A stretch of 63,965 nt of DNA, the filler included, from Globobulimina sp. (lineage: Eukaryota): NCBI GenBank assembly GCA_003354225.1. It is 57 parts of 57 records of this genome, joined end to end, with 100 filler letters (N's around TTAATTAATTAA, not from the genome) between each part and the next. Parts side by side here need not be neighbours in the genome. Positions count along the whole stretch, not along the records: positions 61,820 to 62,842 come from PIVH01025543.1; positions 62,943 to 63,965 come from PIVH01025544.1; 55 more parts are not named here. The stretch is one strand, 5' to 3'. The first letter of the stretch is position 1. Each line of letters opens with the position of its first letter. Below, one piece after another: positions 61,867 through 63,965 of this stretch. Below the pieces are notes generated by a model, which saw only the letters and a program-made list of their open reading frames with translations, was not told where the DNA came from and ran no database searches. A program made the position numbers and the translations under genes.

Positions 61867-62796
61867 TTAACGTACCATCACATTTTGCATTAAATATGTT
61901 GTTGCAAATAAATAATTTGCAATTGCTTCAATATCATCATTTATTAAATAATACGATGGCAAATCAATGGATAGATTTAATAAATTTGATATAATCACTT
62001 CATCAGTCATCTCATTATTATTTATTTTCAAATCGTCACTAAAATCCTTTAAATTATAATCAGATGTTTTATTATTATCATTTATAAATATTTTATGAAC
62101 ACAATACGTATCATCCATATTATCTGGTAATGCTTTCAAACAACAAATTTTATTCATATACTCATACTCATACACATCCCCATCCTCATACTCATACTCA
62201 TACTCATTCATATTCATATTTATATTGAATTTATTAATAACATATAATACCCATTTATATTGATCTTGAGCTAAATTAATTTTTTCTTGCCATAATTTTA
62301 ATTTTTGTTCCATTTCTTGTTGTGTCGGTATCTCAATATTATCCATTTTATTTTCTTCAATAATTGTTTTGAGTGATTTACATATTTTTTCATCAAATTC
62401 AAAATTTACAATATTTAAAATATTCAACCAACATAGTTTTTGTTTGATGCGACTAATGTCATCTTTGTATGGATTATAGAAATATCTTAATATTCTCAAT
62501 ATTTCTTCTTCTTTGCCATCCTCATTGTCTGTTATGAATATTAATGGAAATTTTGTGTCAATGTCGATAAAGCTTACATCTTCCTCAGATTCTACTTTGT
62601 TTAGTCTTACAACAATCTCTTCCATCTGTTCCTTACCTGTATTATTATCACAAAATCTTTTGAATTTACCGACTCCATAAGAATTAAAATAATCAGCTCT
62701 TCCCACAAAAACATAATATTTCCCTAATAATCTATCTATTTTCCTAATGGTACGGTCGTCTAAAACTGCCATTGTTACATGTTCAGTAAAAACCAA
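61867..62796 (-). CDS. Hypothetical protein with orphan N-terminal domain
   Basis: IDRLLGKYY..YFNSYGVGKF..DIDTKFP..ILRILRYFY similar to ORF 48592. Confidence 0.65.
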   Translation of the reverse strand: MVFTEHVTMAVLDDRTIRKIDRLLGKYYVFVGRADYFNSYGVGKFKRFCDNNTGKEQMEEIVVRLNKVESEEDVSFIDIDTKFPLIFITDNEDGKEEEILRILRYFYNPYKDDISRIKQKLCWLNILNIVNFEFDEKICKSLKTIIEENKMDNIEIPTQQEMEQKLKLWQEKINLAQDQYKWVLYVINKFNINMNMNEYEYEYEDGDVYEYEYMNKICCLKALPDNMDDTYCVHKIFINDNNKTSDYNLKDFSDDLKINNNEMTDEVIISNLLNLSIDLPSYYLINDDIEAIANYLFATTYLMQNVMVR

Positions 62797-62942
62797 TTAT
62801 TACTTGTAAGCATGGCTGAGTGTAACAACAATCAAAACTCATNNNNNNNNNNNNNNNNNNNNNNNNNNNNNNNNNNNNNNNNNNNNTTAATTAATTAANN
62901 NNNNNNNNNNNNNNNNNNNNNNNNNNNNNNNNNNNNNNNNNN

Positions 62943-63295
62943 GTACAGCAAGACAATTAATGGTACAATCACCGTACAGCGGACAATGTATTGTTGTAGA
63001 ACCGCATTCATTTTGCTGGTCACAATTTACGACGTAATTTTCATACGGTGGGGGAACTGGGAAATTCATGCCTTTGCACGCCTGTCTGCCGCCGTTGCAT
63101 TCCAGAGTACCAATTCCATTTATTGGCCAGGTTGCTTGTGCACCGTAACAAGCAGCACTGTCTAAACAACCAATATGACAGTTGGCATTTGTTGGGCAAA
63201 TGAAGCTGTACGAGTGGCATTCATCATAACCAGTGCATAAATAGGTCCAATCGGTGAAATCATCGGGTGCTGATACGGTGACTGATTCGGTGATG
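62943..63295 (-). CDS. Cysteine-rich extracellular repeat protein fragment
   Basis: CTGYDEC..ICP..CHIGC..AC / CDQQNEC..IHCP..CTINC repeats. Confidence 0.65.
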
Positions 63296-63627
63296 CCTTT
63301 ATTATGTTTATATTGTTATGTGTTTGTTAATTGTTGTTAGCTATAGTGAGCAAATTAAATGTACCAAATAAAATGATAAGTGGGACTAGAAACGACGTCA
63401 TCTGTCCACAGTTTTTTTTTTTAGAAAAACTGCTTTAATAATAAATACAAGTTGGCTATAAAATTAAATTAAAATAACAATAACATCTAACAATATGCGC
63501 AAAAATAATCTGTAATAATTGCAACTGCTTCAAAATGATCTACAAAAAAAACATTGGAGAAAAAATTTAAAATTAAAAAATTAAACTCCAGCATAAGGAA
63601 TATACACTGTAATATTAAAAATCAGGC

Positions 63628-63965
63628 TTAATCAGCAAATAAGTGCTTTGGTAGTTGATTATTTATGAAGTCATACTTAATATCCTCTCCTTCCTCGTCA
63701 TCATCATCATCTTCGTCGGACGAGCTCTCATCATCAGAAATGCTTTGATGATCATCAATATTTAATAAATCCAATGACATTCTTTCATTGTTATCTAAGA
63801 GTTTATAGGAAGAACCATAAAATGAGTGTGGTTTTAATGTTTTATTGTCAATAAACATTGGTATTATTTTTGGTTTAAAGGAACAGCCACTTTTGAGTAT
63901 GATATTAATGAATGAAAATAAAATCGGTAAACGGCATTTCATCATAAACCCAAATAGAACGCCGA
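63628..63965 (-). CDS. Hypothetical protein C-terminus with acidic tract
   Basis: Open frame ending SDDESSSDEDDDDDEEGED..HLFAD*. Confidence 0.45.
   Translation of the reverse strand, partial: GVLFGFMMKCRLPILFSFINIILKSGCSFKPKIIPMFIDNKTLKPHSFYGSSYKLLDNNERMSLDLLNIDDHQSISDDESSSDEDDDDDEEGEDIKYDFINNQLPKHLFAD

Overview
This window is not a contiguous locus. It is 57 unrelated contigs of 1023-1025 bp, sorted by decreasing length and joined by an artificial 100-bp spacer (44 N + TTAATTAATTAA + 44 N), so no gene neighbourhood across a spacer is real. Most contigs come from an AT-rich eukaryote with short GT-AG introns. Its genes include RPB2, Rab5, a CDK, a DHHC palmitoyltransferase, kinesins, a RING/TRAF zinc-finger protein, a G-alpha and several expanded orphan families. 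This profile suggests a rhizarian or foraminiferan-like protist (inference, not a database result). Mixed in are prokaryotic or phage pieces (Bacteroidetes-type PKD lipoproteins, dnaK, topA, a HEAT-repeat fragment, a phage-type ribonucleotide reductase). Several contigs are eukaryote/bacterium chimeras, as expected from whole-genome amplification. The most interesting signals are families that recur in independent contigs: two paralogous DIRS/Crypton-type tyrosine recombinases with an unusual Cys-rich motif, two copies of an orphan ORF that may be their partner, two plant-like PLS-class PPR proteins, a shared TA|CAGT transposon end, and a shared orphan N-terminal domain. A carrier-protein + ketosynthase fragment of NRPS-PKS hybrid type is also notable. 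All family calls come from motif recognition by eye.
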